The translations under genes were made by a program, and so were the position numbers. Of a DNA stretch of 64,000 nucleotides, positions 40,738 to 53,200 are shown piece by piece. Source of the DNA: Eledone cirrhosa. Its lineage: Eukaryota. Position 1 is the stretch's first letter. The number at the start of each line of letters is the position of its first letter. The DNA lies in contig OZ024746.1 of NCBI GenBank assembly GCA_964016885.1, positions 40,300,001 to 40,364,000 of the forward strand, given 5' to 3'. The notes beneath the pieces were generated by a model, which ran no database searches, had not been told where the DNA came from, and worked only from the letters and a program-made list of their open reading frames with translations.

Positions 40738-40791
40738 ATAGTACCACTGATGATGTTGCAGATGTGCAACGAAAGAACTTTGTTAGACTAT
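40738..40791 (+). ncRNA. Hammerhead-like motif (inverted copy at 40601-40654, minus strand)
   Basis: CA-CTGATGA-T-GTTGCA(GATG)TGCAAC-GAAAG-AA-CTT|TG. Stem II is a perfect 6 bp, stem I is imperfect. Confidence 0.65.
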
Positions 40792-40987
40792 ATATATATA
40801 TATCTGTATTTTTAACCGTTGGTCAGTCACTGATAAACATTGATTGCCAAATAAATTAACTATGGAGATATAAAAGATACAGAAGCGAAAACCAACCAAA
40901 CAGTGAGTGCATTCTGTTATTATTTCTGGCAATATTATTACAACAATATGACCCTCCCCAAGTATAACAATATATATATATATATAT

Positions 40988-41172
40988 AATTGTTTCTACT
41001 TTAGGCACAAGGCCAGCAATTACCCAGTGCATTACTGGTACTTTATTTTATCGACCCCATAAGGATGAAAGGCAAAGTGAACCTCGGCGGGATTTGAACT
41101 CAGATCGTAAAGGGACGTAATTATGCTGGAAAGCATGGCGTCCGACCCTCTACCGATACTGCCAATCCACCC
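40988..41172 (-). mobile_element. ~185-bp tRNA-derived SINE, the most abundant young family; other copies near 8024, 10340, 15255, 17565, 19508, 20143, 22437, 27230, 27440, 31855-32300, 40139, 40284, 41780, 50097, 58071, 59527, 63900
   Basis: A box TGGCAGTATCGG, B box GAGTTCAAATCCC, central GCCTTTCATCCTTACGGGGTCGATAAAATAAAGTACC (resembles the Meta-SINE domain) and an (ATT)n tail. Confidence 0.9.
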
Positions 41173-43639
41173 TCGTTTTACCTTTTTCTGGTGTCAACAA
41201 AACCATTGAAAATAAAAATCTCTATATATGTTGTCGAATGAAACTATCCTCTATAGTCCCTTTCATTGGTTTACTAAATGATACATATATATATATTTTC
41301 TTTTAGCTATTCACATGTTAATTAATGTAATTTATTTTTCTTTCCTTCATAGGAGGGCAATAAAGAAAACAGCCAAGTGCTTTCTTTGGAAGTTAAAGGT
41401 TGTGATCAGCAAAAATATTTTCATTTTTTGAAATTTAGAGTCTGAGTTAGGTAAGAAGAATTGAGTAACCCGGGTTTTACTAACTGAAAAGGTAATTTTT
41501 CAGAAGTTGATGGTCCGATGTGCTAAAATTGAGTCATTCGATTGTGCAAAATATGTCAACACCATGACAGCTTTCCATTAACCATAAACGCTAACCCTGT
41601 CTTTTTTTTTAAATGATAGGTTATGATGAAGAAAATTTGACTGTTTTTTCTAGCAGGTCAAGCAACTACTTAGAGGTTCTCTGATTGTAGAAATTGTTAT
41701 GATAGGTGGGAGAGCAGGTGTACTGGCCAGAGGAATAGATGTTTACTAAAATTTTCCTGCATAATGTTGATAACAGTTTAGACACAAGACTAGCAATTTT
41801 GGTGGAAGGGCAAAGACAATTATGTCAACCCCAGTACTTCATAGGTACTTTATTTTATCAATTCCAGAAGGATGAAAGGAAAATTGACCATGGCAGGATT
41901 TGAACTCAGAATCTAAAGAGCTAGAACAAATACTGCAGTGGCATTTTATCCAGCACTACCAATTCTGCCAAGTCACTGCCCTTGTATCCTACTATTTATA
42001 ACAATTTTACAGATTCATTTAAAATTAATACTCAGTACTATCATCATCATTTTATGTCTACCTTCCATATTGGCATGGATTGGATGGATTGTCATGGCCC
42101 GAGACTAGACAGGTCAGAGAGACCTTATCTTGCTCATATGCTCCATATTTGGCATAGTTTCTATGGCTGGTTGCCCTTCCGACCATCTGACAGGGTGTAC
42201 TAGATGCATTTTATTGTGGTACCAGCACTAGAGAGGTTGTCATCTCTATCGAAAATAGTTTCTGTTTGATTTCTAACCATGTTACAGAGTGTAATCGGGG
42301 CTTATTATCTTGACACTAACATTGTCTTGGTGTGTCTTCTCATTCACTGTAGGCTAAGGGATCTTTCCACTCAATGTAGTCTCCGATCTCTCACCATATT
42401 TGCTTTTAGTGTCACAGGGTTTGTATAGATGGGCAGGTTTTTTGTAATATGGCAAATCACCAGTCAACTTGATCCTGCGTCATTTCCTTTGTGAGCAGCT
42501 TCATATAGCTCACCTTAAGATGAGCTCATCTCCTTTCTCCATTTACTGAGAAAAATGACCAGTCTTCTTTGTTCAAATATAAAGCTAAGGTTTTTCAAAC
42601 AAAACAAGCATTAAACAAATATGGCATATAGAAACACATTTATCTACTGAAGTCTATTATGTATAATATTGATACTATTTTATAAAATCATTATTAATCA
42701 ATACACTCTTCTACATGGTTGCTCCATTTGTGGGAAATAGAAGCAAAATCTTAAAAAAAATCTGTAGGGTGTGATATATTAGATAATATAATACTAGAAA
42801 AATTAGGTTTGAAAAAAATTGGATGGGTTGCTATATATTTGACCATAAGTCTGCTTAGTTAAGGCTGACCCAGCTTAAATAACAATAGAAGAAAGACATT
42901 ATCATATTAATTGTCTGAAAGTAACAGTAATAGCAGTTATATAAACATTATCTGTGGTTCAATTTTACTTTCTGCATCTCTAGATTCTTAGACATAAACT
43001 AAATCTCAGAAATAACTTTAACACTGGATAATATGTTACATCTTGATTTACAGAAAACACCAAATTACTACCTGTTCACTATTGTGACATCTTTTATTGG
43101 GTGTAGAAAATGATATATACTTACTCAAACATCCATCAGTATGTGGACTGTGTCATCAATGAACAGACATAAATCTAATACCCTGTGACCCTTCAAGATG
43201 CCAGTTTAATTAAGTTTAAATTAAAACAAAAGTTATTGCCATTAGTAAAAGGTAAGTTAAAACATATTTAACCCTTTAGCATTCACATTATTCTATATTT
43301 ACTATTGTATTTTCACAGTAAATGCTTTATCTCACATGATATCAAATCTATGAGATTTTGATATTATTTATTTTGAGAACAATACCTTAATATCAGTATG
43401 AATGGCCGGTTTGAACAGAAGAGGTGAGTGAATTCTGGCCAGGTATGTCCAGTTTAAATGCTAATGGGTTAAAACAAAGTATAAGAAGATATCTAATGAG
43501 AAATGAATATACAATCGAAAAAACAAACAAACAGTATTAGTTAATAACTAATATTACTTTCATTTTTCTGGCAAATATGGGAAGCAATTCCAGATATATT
43601 TTTGTTTTATTCATTAATGGAGCATAAACTTGAATTACC

Positions 43640-44006
43640 TCATCATCATCATCATTTTACGTCCACTTTTCCTTGCTTGCAAGGGTGGGACGGGAACTGA
43701 TTCTGGCTTGATTTCTACAGCTTGATGCCCTTCCTAACACCAACCTCATTTACAGTGAGTGCTGGGTGCTTTTTTTCCGTGGCGCCTACACGTCCACTTT
43801 ACAGTGTGGGCTGGGTGCTTTTTTGCAGTGGCACCTCCACAACCACTTTGCAGTGGAATGATAGGGACCCCAGTCCTATCATCTCATTTCTACAGCTGAG
43901 TAAATGTGAAATAAAGTGTCTTGCTCAAGGAAACAACACATCACCTGGTCTGAGAATTGAACTCACAACCTTTCGATTGCAAGGCCAATGCTCTAACCAC
44001 TAAGCC
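43640..44006 (-). mobile_element. tRNA/CORE-like SINE with an RTE-derived 3' tail (truncated copy 26530-26790)
   Basis: GGCTTAGTGG A box, GAGTTCAATTC B box, CCTTGAGCAAGACACTT core, then 40-bp repeats and the same terminus as the RTE at 55465. Confidence 0.8.
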
Positions 44007-45467
44007 ATATATATATATAAATATAAATAGTTATATATACATGTAGTTATGTTGGTACCACAACATCCAGTCCGAAATAAATGAGGTCGTGTAGGTGTCA
44101 CGACAAAAAAACACACTCCATGCTGTAATGTGGCCATGTAGGAAACACAGTAAAAACCTCCCAGTCCACACTGTAAACGTGGTTGGTGTTAGGTAGGGTA
44201 TCCAGCCGTAGAAAACCCGCCAGACAGTCCTATATGAGCAAAACAACCAATCTTGCCTCAAGTGGGAAAATTCCCGTCCAAACCCATGCAAGCGTGGAAG
44301 ATGGACGTTAAACGATGATGATGATGATGATAATTTATATATATATATATATATTCAATTAGAAATTGAACAATACAAAATATAATAGTTATAAATAAAT
44401 CACCAAGCCAAAATAAACAATTGTATACTTCTTGGTTCAGGAGATTAAAAGTCTTCTTCTTCACCCACTTATTCCTGGGAAGCTTGTGGGAGCAGAGTCT
44501 TTAGGCATGCCATCCAGCAGGTCCTATCGGAAGTAACCATTTCCAATTGACCTGGCTGGATCCCCAAGTGAGACCAACCAAGCTCATAGATGTTATCCAA
44601 CCATCTTGCTTAGGGTCTACCCCTGGTTCTCTTGCCCATTGGTTTTCCTACTAAAGCAGGGGTTAGCCTCATGGGCCCTAATGTCAGGCTTTATACTCAT
44701 GATAAGGTGTTTTTTTTGCAGGTAATGTTTTACAGTCGGCTGTCCTTCGTAGCATCAACCTTTTGATTTTGAAATAGATTGAAAAATGTCATAAATTTAC
44801 ATTTCCACAATCCAAAACATGCTACTCACAACTTCATCAGTCATTATGCATTTATTTGAATTGATGATTTTCAGTCCTCTAAATTTATCATAATTTTCAT
44901 TTTAGGTCACCTCATACCTACAAAATTACCAATTTCCAGTATGTCAACATCCCCCCCAAAACGTTAGTAATGTTCATTTAAATTGCTCCAAAATGTACAA
45001 GATAACAATTGCTTAATACATACTATCTTATAACTTAGAATTTTCATCTTTGATTTGTTAATTTCAATTTTCATGGCTACAGTTATTCTGTGAAATAATA
45101 AATCTTTAATATTAACCCTTTTGATATCATCCTGCCCAAATCCATGATACAAAACAATCCATTTTAAAGTGTTCCTATTTGTATTGAAATCTTTGTTGTA
45201 GCACCAGCACTATCACCATACAGGGTGGACTAGATGCTTTTTGTTATGGCAACAATATGACCAACTTGCAGGGTGGACAGGGTGCTTTTTGTCATGGCAC
45301 CAGCAAAGCCATCTTACTGGATGCTTTTTGTTGTAGCATAAGCACTACCACCATACAGAGTGAACTGGGTGCTTTTTGTGGTGGCGCCAACACATTCTAA
45401 ATATTGAATACATACATGTTCTCAATATTAAATTCTCATCTTTTTTTTGTTGTTATTTTCAGAGAAA

Positions 45468-45677
45468 ATGCCAATCTGTTGGCAATACAGACCCATCTAT
45501 ACGATCTCTTCTCTTTGTTCTCAATTAAAAAGGGGTTATGATAAGATTGAGTTAGAAACTGGCGTGGATGTCCGGTTCCTAAAAAACTTGATTTCCTATA
45601 TTGAATCAGAATTTCAAGATGTGGATGAAAATGATCCTGAGCAACGATTCATTGTATTTCAAAAGGCATTTAATAAG
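45468..45677 (+). CDS. CLHC1: CLHC1 (clathrin heavy chain linker domain-containing 1), first coding exon (...DVRFLKNLISYIESEF...RFIVFQKAFNK)
   Basis: Acceptor at 45462, ATG at 45468, donor GTATTG. Resembles CLHC1 DKEFLESVQRYII...YYIIYRNVFDK. The start codon is tentative. Confidence 0.78.
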
Positions 45678-46544
45678 GTATTGGAAAATTATTATTGTTT
45701 TTATTTTATTCATTTCATCATCATCACATCTGTTTTGTATGTTGGCATAGGTTGTCATGTTCTGAAGCTAAACAGGTTAGATAACCACATCTTGCTCATA
45801 TGTTCCATTTAGGTATGGTTTCTACAGCTTGATGCCCTTCCTATTATCAATCACTTTACAGTGTTTAATTGTGGCACCTACACCACCACATTACACACAC
45901 ACTCATATGTAAATATTTATTTTTAGGCTGTGAATTAGTAAAGTCATTAGAGCACAGGAAAAAATGCCTTGAGGTGCTTATTCCAGTTCTCTGCATTCTA
46001 CTTTTAAATCCTGCCAAAGTTAACCCTGTCATGCCATATTACCACTATAGCAGTAATAGCCTATATGTAATCTCAACCAGATTCCTGTTAAAGCGGCAAT
46101 AAACAACACATGTAGAAAAAGAAGTTAAAATACTAAAAATAGATAACTTATCATGTGACAGCTTTGTAGACTCATTGTTATTGGCATCCCCTAAATCTGT
46201 CATTTACTTTTGTTTTTAATTGAAAAGAAACAGGGTTTTTTTGTGATGAAATGAGTTTGTGACGCACTTTCTCTGGCAAACGAGCAAGGTCTAAACCATT
46301 GGTTCCCAACCTTTTTTGCTTCATGTCTCACCTCAACATCTAAAAAATGTAAATGTGGTTGGCATTAGGAAAGGCATCCAGCTGTAGAAAACCAGCAGAA
46401 ACAGTCCTATATGAGTGAGACACGATCACTTGACCCAACTTGCCCCAAATAGGACATACCTGTCTAGTGTGGAAAATAGACATTAAACGTTGATCATGAT
46501 GATAGTTAAAATTTTTTTATCAAACCATTTTATTTAAATTTCAG

Positions 46545-46732
46545 GTACTTGAATCAGTTCAAAATTACAAATTACTCTTGATACCAGTGAAAAAAGAGTA
46601 TGAAAGCATTATTGAGCTGCTTCGCAATGCTAAACAACAACATCCAACACTAAAAACTCAAAAAGTGACATTATCTACTCAGTGTTCTACAATTAATAAT
46701 TATAAAGGGAGAATTTATCAGCTTGAAGAACT
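46545..46732 (+). CDS. CLHC1: CLHC1 exon (VLESVQNYKLLLIPVKKEYESIIE...RIYQLEEL)
   Basis: TTTCAG acceptor, GTAAGT donor, 188 nt. Resembles [24 protein letters not shown]. Confidence 0.88.
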
Positions 46733-47090
46733 GTAAGTTACACATAATCTTCCATTTTTTTTCTGGGGTTTGGGGTGAGAGTGTTAGAAAATATAAAATA
46801 TGACGAAATGATTATAGAAAGATACATTGATAGTTTTATTTGTAGCTAGATTATTAGATAAAAAAGTGTCATTACATTTACTAATGCATGTGTTTATTTT
46901 GGTAAACTTTGCCAACAAAGTATATTGGTAAGAGTGCTGATTGAAAAGGTCTCATAAGCTCCTTTGCATAAAAAAAGTCTAAAGTCTGTCTCAAGTCTGG
47001 AGATTTCATGGCATGACAGGATTGCATGATCACAATCAGTAATAGGTCAGTTGTTCATCAGGCGTCCATTTGTTCACACACACACACTCA

Positions 47091-47123
<33 letters not shown>

Positions 47124-48008
47124 GGTACGCTTTCATCAGATAAAATACAAAGTTTATTTTATAAATTTTGACATAACCAAGATCATCATCATCATCGTTT
47201 TAACATCTGCTTTCTCTGCTAGCAAGGGTTGGATCGATCTACATAGACTAAATCAGTACTGAAACCAGATTACTGATCTCCCACAGAGTCCAGGGATCTG
47301 CATTCCACTTATGTATGGTCTCACATTCTACCAAGTGCACAGGAGAAGTTGTCATGTCTTTGACAACGAGGGTCCTCCCAAATCTTTGTTTGGCAAGCTT
47401 TCTATGACTAGATGCTCTTTCTACCATCAACTACTTTACAGTAGGATCTCATGGCTTTGACATGACTGAGGGGTCCTCCTAGCCCTTTGGAAAATGGAAA
47501 GGGGTGGTCAGTCGCCACTATTGAGAGGGTTTGAGTCACACTCTCTACTTTTTTCTATCTCCAGTGGCTTATGTTCTCTACTTGTTTTCATAGTTAAAAA
47601 AAAACCAAAACATGCATTGTAGCTATCAATTTTACTCTAGAATTGTCTTGATTTCCGAAGACTTGAAACTCATTCAGTTTTTCTAAAAATAGATTGTTTA
47701 TTTACATTTAAATTTCTGACTGGTTGATAAAGCTTGTAAAATGAAAAGGAGTGGTCATCACCACTGTAATCAGTGTAATCAGTAGCATGTCTTCATGGTA
47801 TATGGAAGGTGTGAGTTTGAATCCCACAAGTGGCGCTGCCCACTTTTTCCATCTGCCTTGTTTGTTTAACGATTTTCATAGTAAAAAAAAAAAGAAAACG
47901 TGCATTGTAGCCATTAACTTTACTCTAAAATTATCTTAATTTTTGAAGGTTCATCACTCGCTCAGTGCTTCTAAAACTGAATTGTTTATTTACACACACA
48001 CACACTTT

Positions 48009-48930
48009 ATATCATCATCACCATTTTACATCCGTTCTTCCACACTAGCATGGGTTAGACAGGTTGTCCTGTTGTGGGCGGGCAGTGTCCGGTCGGCTGA
48101 CCTTGTCTTGCTCATACGGGAACTGATTCTGCCTTGATTTCTACAGCTGGATGCCCTTCCTAACACCAACCTCATTTACAGTGAGTGCTGGGTGCTTTTT
48201 TTCCGTGGCACCTACACGACCACTTTGCAGTGTGGGCTGGGTGTTTTTTGCCGTGACACCTCCACGACCACTTCGCAGTGGGAGGGTGTGGGAGCATATT
48301 GTCTATATGCTTCAGCTTCGGCTTGTACCCGTGGGGGTTTCGGGTCTTCTGTATTACTGCACGACGCCAGAGGTCACGGTCGTGTGTCATTGCCTTTGAG
48401 AGGTGTAATTGGGTAAGGTCGGCTTTTATCACCTCATCTCAGGTCTTCTTGGGTTTCCCCACTCTGCGGTTTCCTTCGACTTCTAGTGTTCTGCACCTTT
48501 TTATGCAGCTGTCATCCTTCATACGTATCACATGTCCATACCAACGCAACCGCCTCTCCTGCACACACCATTTGATTCCTCTTATGCTCAGTCTCTCAAT
48601 TTGTTTATACTTTGCCGTTCGCGTATATTACTATTACACATCCATCGGAGCATACAGGCTTCGTTTCTTTCTAATCTACGCAAGTCTTCCACACATAGCG
48701 CCCAGGTCTCACTACCATGTAACATTGCTGTTCGTATACACGCATCATACAGTCTGCCTTTCATTTTGAGGGAAAAGCCTTTTGCAGCCATCAGTGGCAG
48801 TAGCTCCCAGAACTTCTTCCATCATGTTCTTGCCCTAATTATTGTACTTTCTGAACATCCTCCTCCACTGCTAATTCGGTCACCTAGGTAGCAGAAGCTG
48901 TCTACTGTTTCTACAGAGCCCTCCCAGAGT
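48009..48930 (-). mobile_element. RTE LINE 3' fragment including a 3' UTR with ~40-bp repeats and an (ATG)n tail
   Basis: KGFSLKMKGRLYDACIRTAMLHGSETW...GKPKKT, continuous into the repeat-bearing UTR. Confidence 0.9.
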
Positions 48931-48937
48931 TTGGTGG

Positions 48938-48983
<46 letters not shown>

Positions 48984-49231
48984 AATATTGGGTATGAATC
49001 AAAGTTGTAGCCACAATATAGCAGGTATTATATATATACTTAAAAGCTAGTGCCTGATGACTGAACTCTTACTGTTTCAGTGAAGAGTTGATAACATTAT
49101 CCACTTGTTGTTGGAACAGCATGAACTCAGCCATCGGGCACTAACTTTTAACTATACATACACTCTACTTTCCCAAGTATTGAGTACTTAGCTGAATATG
49201 GTCTTACTAGTCTAAAGTGGTAACTATCAAC

Positions 49232-49271
<40 letters not shown>

Positions 49272-49467
49272 GTATAAAAGAGAAAACACAGGTAAGCATT
49301 AAGAGAAGGATTTTATCCAGATTTTTAACCAAAAACTGGATCACAATAAGCAATTTTTTGCTTCTCTAACTATATATATATATATATTATATATGTGTGT
49401 GTGTGTGAATATTCCATTAATTTGGATAAAATAAACATAGTTAAATAATGTCTAATTTATCTGATAG

Positions 49468-49604
49468 AATAGCAATACAGAGAGGTTACAACAAAAACCT
49501 TGCAAGAAAATATGATGAATTACACAATAAAAGCCCAGAAACAGTCGAACATTCAAAAGATAATGCAACATTGCAAAAGGGGTTGGATAAACGAGTGATT
49601 CCAG
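49468..49604 (+). CDS. CLHC1: CLHC1 exon (IAIQRGYNKNLARKYDEL...DKRVIP)
   Basis: Strong donor CAG|GTGAGT and a KxIPG junction as in CLHC1. The acceptor is weak and tentative. Confidence 0.7.
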
Positions 49605-51971
49605 GTGAGTCGATATATTTGTTTTTCTTTTCTGAATATCTTTTATTTCATATGTATTAGACCTCATCAGCAACAAAGATTTCATTAACTCGGAGGCATG
49701 TATTCAAGGCAAAGCTTATGCCTGGTTTTCTAGTGCCCTAGGACAACTCTATAATGTGTGCTCTATTCTCCCCAAAATAAAAATTACAATTTACAGTTTG
49801 GTAAGCTAAAAATGCTAAAAATGAAGTAACAATAAAATATACCCATTGAACAATCAATCAACAAAATCCCAGACTTCATTTACTTACTGAGTGGGGTGGA
49901 ACTCATCAAATTCGACCAAGGAAACACTGTTTCCATTGATGTTTCCTTTACTGATACAATTTACCAGTTGCAACTCCCAGCAGAAGGAGCAACACGAAAT
50001 AAAGTGTCTTACTCTAGGACATAACACATTGCCCAGTCTGGGAATTGAACTCGCAACCTCACAATTTCAAATCCAATTCTCTAATGAAACAATTATTAAT
50101 TGTTTCTACTTTTGGCACAAGGCCAGCAATTATCCCAGTGAATTACTGGTACTTTATTTTATCGACCCCATAAGGATGAAAGGCAAAGTTAACCCCAGCG
50201 GGATATGAACTCAGACCATAAAGGGACGTAACTCTGTGCTGCAAAGCATGGCGTCCAACCCTCTACCAATACTGTTATTAATGCCAGTAAAATCATCCAA
50301 ACAGAGGATATTTTCACTAGAAATATGACAATGAAAGGGTTAAGTAAAAATAATTATTTTCATAATAAAATTTGTTGATTTTCTTTCTCTCTTGTGAATT
50401 TTATACCTTTATACCATCTGCCTTATCATTCTGACTGTCACATTGAAAGTACCTCTATATGTGTTATTATTACAATTTACTTCAAACTAAGCTTATATAC
50501 TTTTACACGAGTCATTACAGAATGCAATGTTAATTCTTATTTACTAAAAGCTAAGCTATTGATATTCTTTATATGTCGTAATAATTCTTTCTTAAATTAA
50601 CACAAGGCCAGCAATTTGTGGGATTTACTAGAAGCATCTGTTGAACCCTACTAATACCTTCACTACTCCAACTACATAAATAATATATTTGTTTGCATAT
50701 TTGATATTATTTGTACATGTATGTTTGTGTGTATATATGATTTAATCTTAATTATGTTTTACATTCATGTGTGTATCATCATCATTATCATCGTCATTTA
50801 TCGTCCACTTTCCACGCTATCATGGGTTGTATGTAAATAATGATATTGAAGTTTATGCCTTTCATGTCACCTTTTGATATCGTATCTATGTGATATTCAT
50901 CTTTGGTTCATTTCACTTATTTCTTTAATGGTTTGAGTAGTTTTAGGCTTTTCATGTTCCATTGTATGGACTAGATTTCCAGATGCACGGCATCATGTCA
51001 TCTAGGTGGGTAGTTTGGGGGTTTAAAGTTGAGAGATGACGACTACAACAGTGTTGTAGTCACTGCAGCTAATAATAGCTTTATTAGTTTTATTATATAG
51101 AAACTATGTAATATGACAACTGTAGCTTTATAATATCTGTTTTTGGTGGCTGTTGTGGTCTGGTTCAGTTTGTCGAGTTTGGGAATGTGGGTGTCAATGT
51201 TCAGCATGCTGAATTTGAGGTGTGGGTCATGGGTTGATTTAGCAGGAATCATGAGTGCAGGTTGGCATTCAGTTTAGGGTTTTGCTAAGTTTTTTGTGGA
51301 CTGATTGGTGCAATAACTCTTATTTATGTATATATAAAAGAAACTTTAAGAGAAAACACTCATATGTCTAACAGCTTGCAAACCACGAGAACAAACAGCC
51401 AATCAAAATTGGTAATATTTGATAAAACTTAAATTCATTTGATGTAACAAATATAAAAATATTTATTCTGTCAGATTAAAGAAAAAAAGTCTTTAAATAT
51501 ACTCCTGTGCTTTTCCATCTTTATTTTTTGCCTATAATCTTTGATTTTCACGGAACTATACCTTCTTTTTATCACCAATACATATCACATGTCCATACCA
51601 CTTCCATTTGATTCCACTTATACTCAGTTTCTCTCTCAGCTCATCCATGCTTCACCATTCATGCACATTAATGTCCCACATTCATTGAAGCAAGCCCACT
51701 TCATTTCTCTCAAGGCTTCACATTACCTCTGTATTAACTGACCATGTTCCACGTTGATGCAACACCACATTTCATATGTAAGCATCATACAACCAGTCCT
51801 TTGTGTGTAGAGAAAAAACCTTTGTTGTTAATAGAGAGAGTAGCTCTCTTAACTACACATATTTATATCTTGCTCATATGTTCCATTCTTGGCATGATTT
51901 CTACAGTTGGATGCACTTTCTAATGCCAACCACCTTATAGGATATATTGCGTGTAATTATTGTGACATTGA

Positions 51972-52017
<46 letters not shown>

Positions 52018-52699
52018 CCCATGCTAGCATGGAAAATGGACGTTAAACGAAGATGATGATGATGATGATGATGATATATATATATATATATGGTGGCTGC
52101 CAACTCGTTTTCGAGTATGGCCACTACTTTATATCCATGTAGGAGAACCCCTACTGATGCGCTGAATGAGTGTGACTTTTTAGTCCAGCCAGCGACTTGA
52201 AAACTCTGGTACAAACACTACACCTGTGACAATTATTGACACACAGTGCTGGGCTCATGGTACCATGTGACGACAAGTGCAGAGAGATCTCCAGATATAA
52301 AGCAATGCCTGTGCCGTGAAGCTTTTATAGTGAACAAAGGCACTGCTCGAAGCCAGTCCCACTCTCTTGACCAAGATGATATTTACCAAAAAGAAGAACA
52401 AGTCAACATCATTGGATACCATCAGGGTTGCAGGTGTTATATCAGAGTTTTCCTTCTCCTAGAATTCTGCCTTGACAAAGGCTAAGGGGTCATCTCTCCC
52501 TGTGATTTTGGATGGCCATTGACTCTTAAGAGCTCATTTGCCCTTTGACAGGTTTTGTTTTTAGTCCTGCAGGATGTCCAAAGTCACCCTCCTCACCAAG
52601 AAACCTTGGTGGGGTTGCCAGTTTAGTCGCCAACGACCCGACCATGGGACAGGTTGTACTGGAATACATGTTACCAGTAGCACTAACTGGTGACCTGAC

Positions 52700-52768
<69 letters not shown>

Positions 52769-52867
52769 CATACTCACATATATATGGGTATGTATTACAA
52801 AAAATTCAATCTATTTTCTGAAATTTGTTTATGTATTGTCAAGTTTTGTATAATATAATTTCTATAG

Positions 52868-53200
52868 GTATCACAATTGAGCAGTCTACAGACCTAACGT
52901 TTCTAAATAACACTTTAAAACATCTAACACAAAGTGTGGAAGAAATGGATATGAAATTAAAGCTTAAATACTTTCCAAAATCTCATAAAGATAATTTAAA
53001 GAACTTGTTGAAAGCAAATATAAGCGAAAGAGACCTCTTGAATGCTGAAGGTCATTACTTGAAAACCAAAAGACAAAGAATTAAAGTTGCCTATGAAGCT
53101 GCCCAGGCTTATAATGACATACGACCCCCTCATTGGTCTGTTGGTGATATTGTGACACATGCTTTGCGATTGTCTGTCGATAGCCATATTGAGGAGAAAG
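52868..53200 (+). CDS. CLHC1: CLHC1 exon (GITIEQSTDLTFLNNTLKHL...LKYFPKSHK...HIEEK)
   Basis: Resembles [20 protein letters not shown]...IKYVP. 333 nt, phase 1-1. Confidence 0.88.

Noticed and set aside
43930-44006. tRNA gene
   Set aside because: The A and B boxes belong to SINE heads. There is no complete cloverleaf and the sequence continues into the SINE body.
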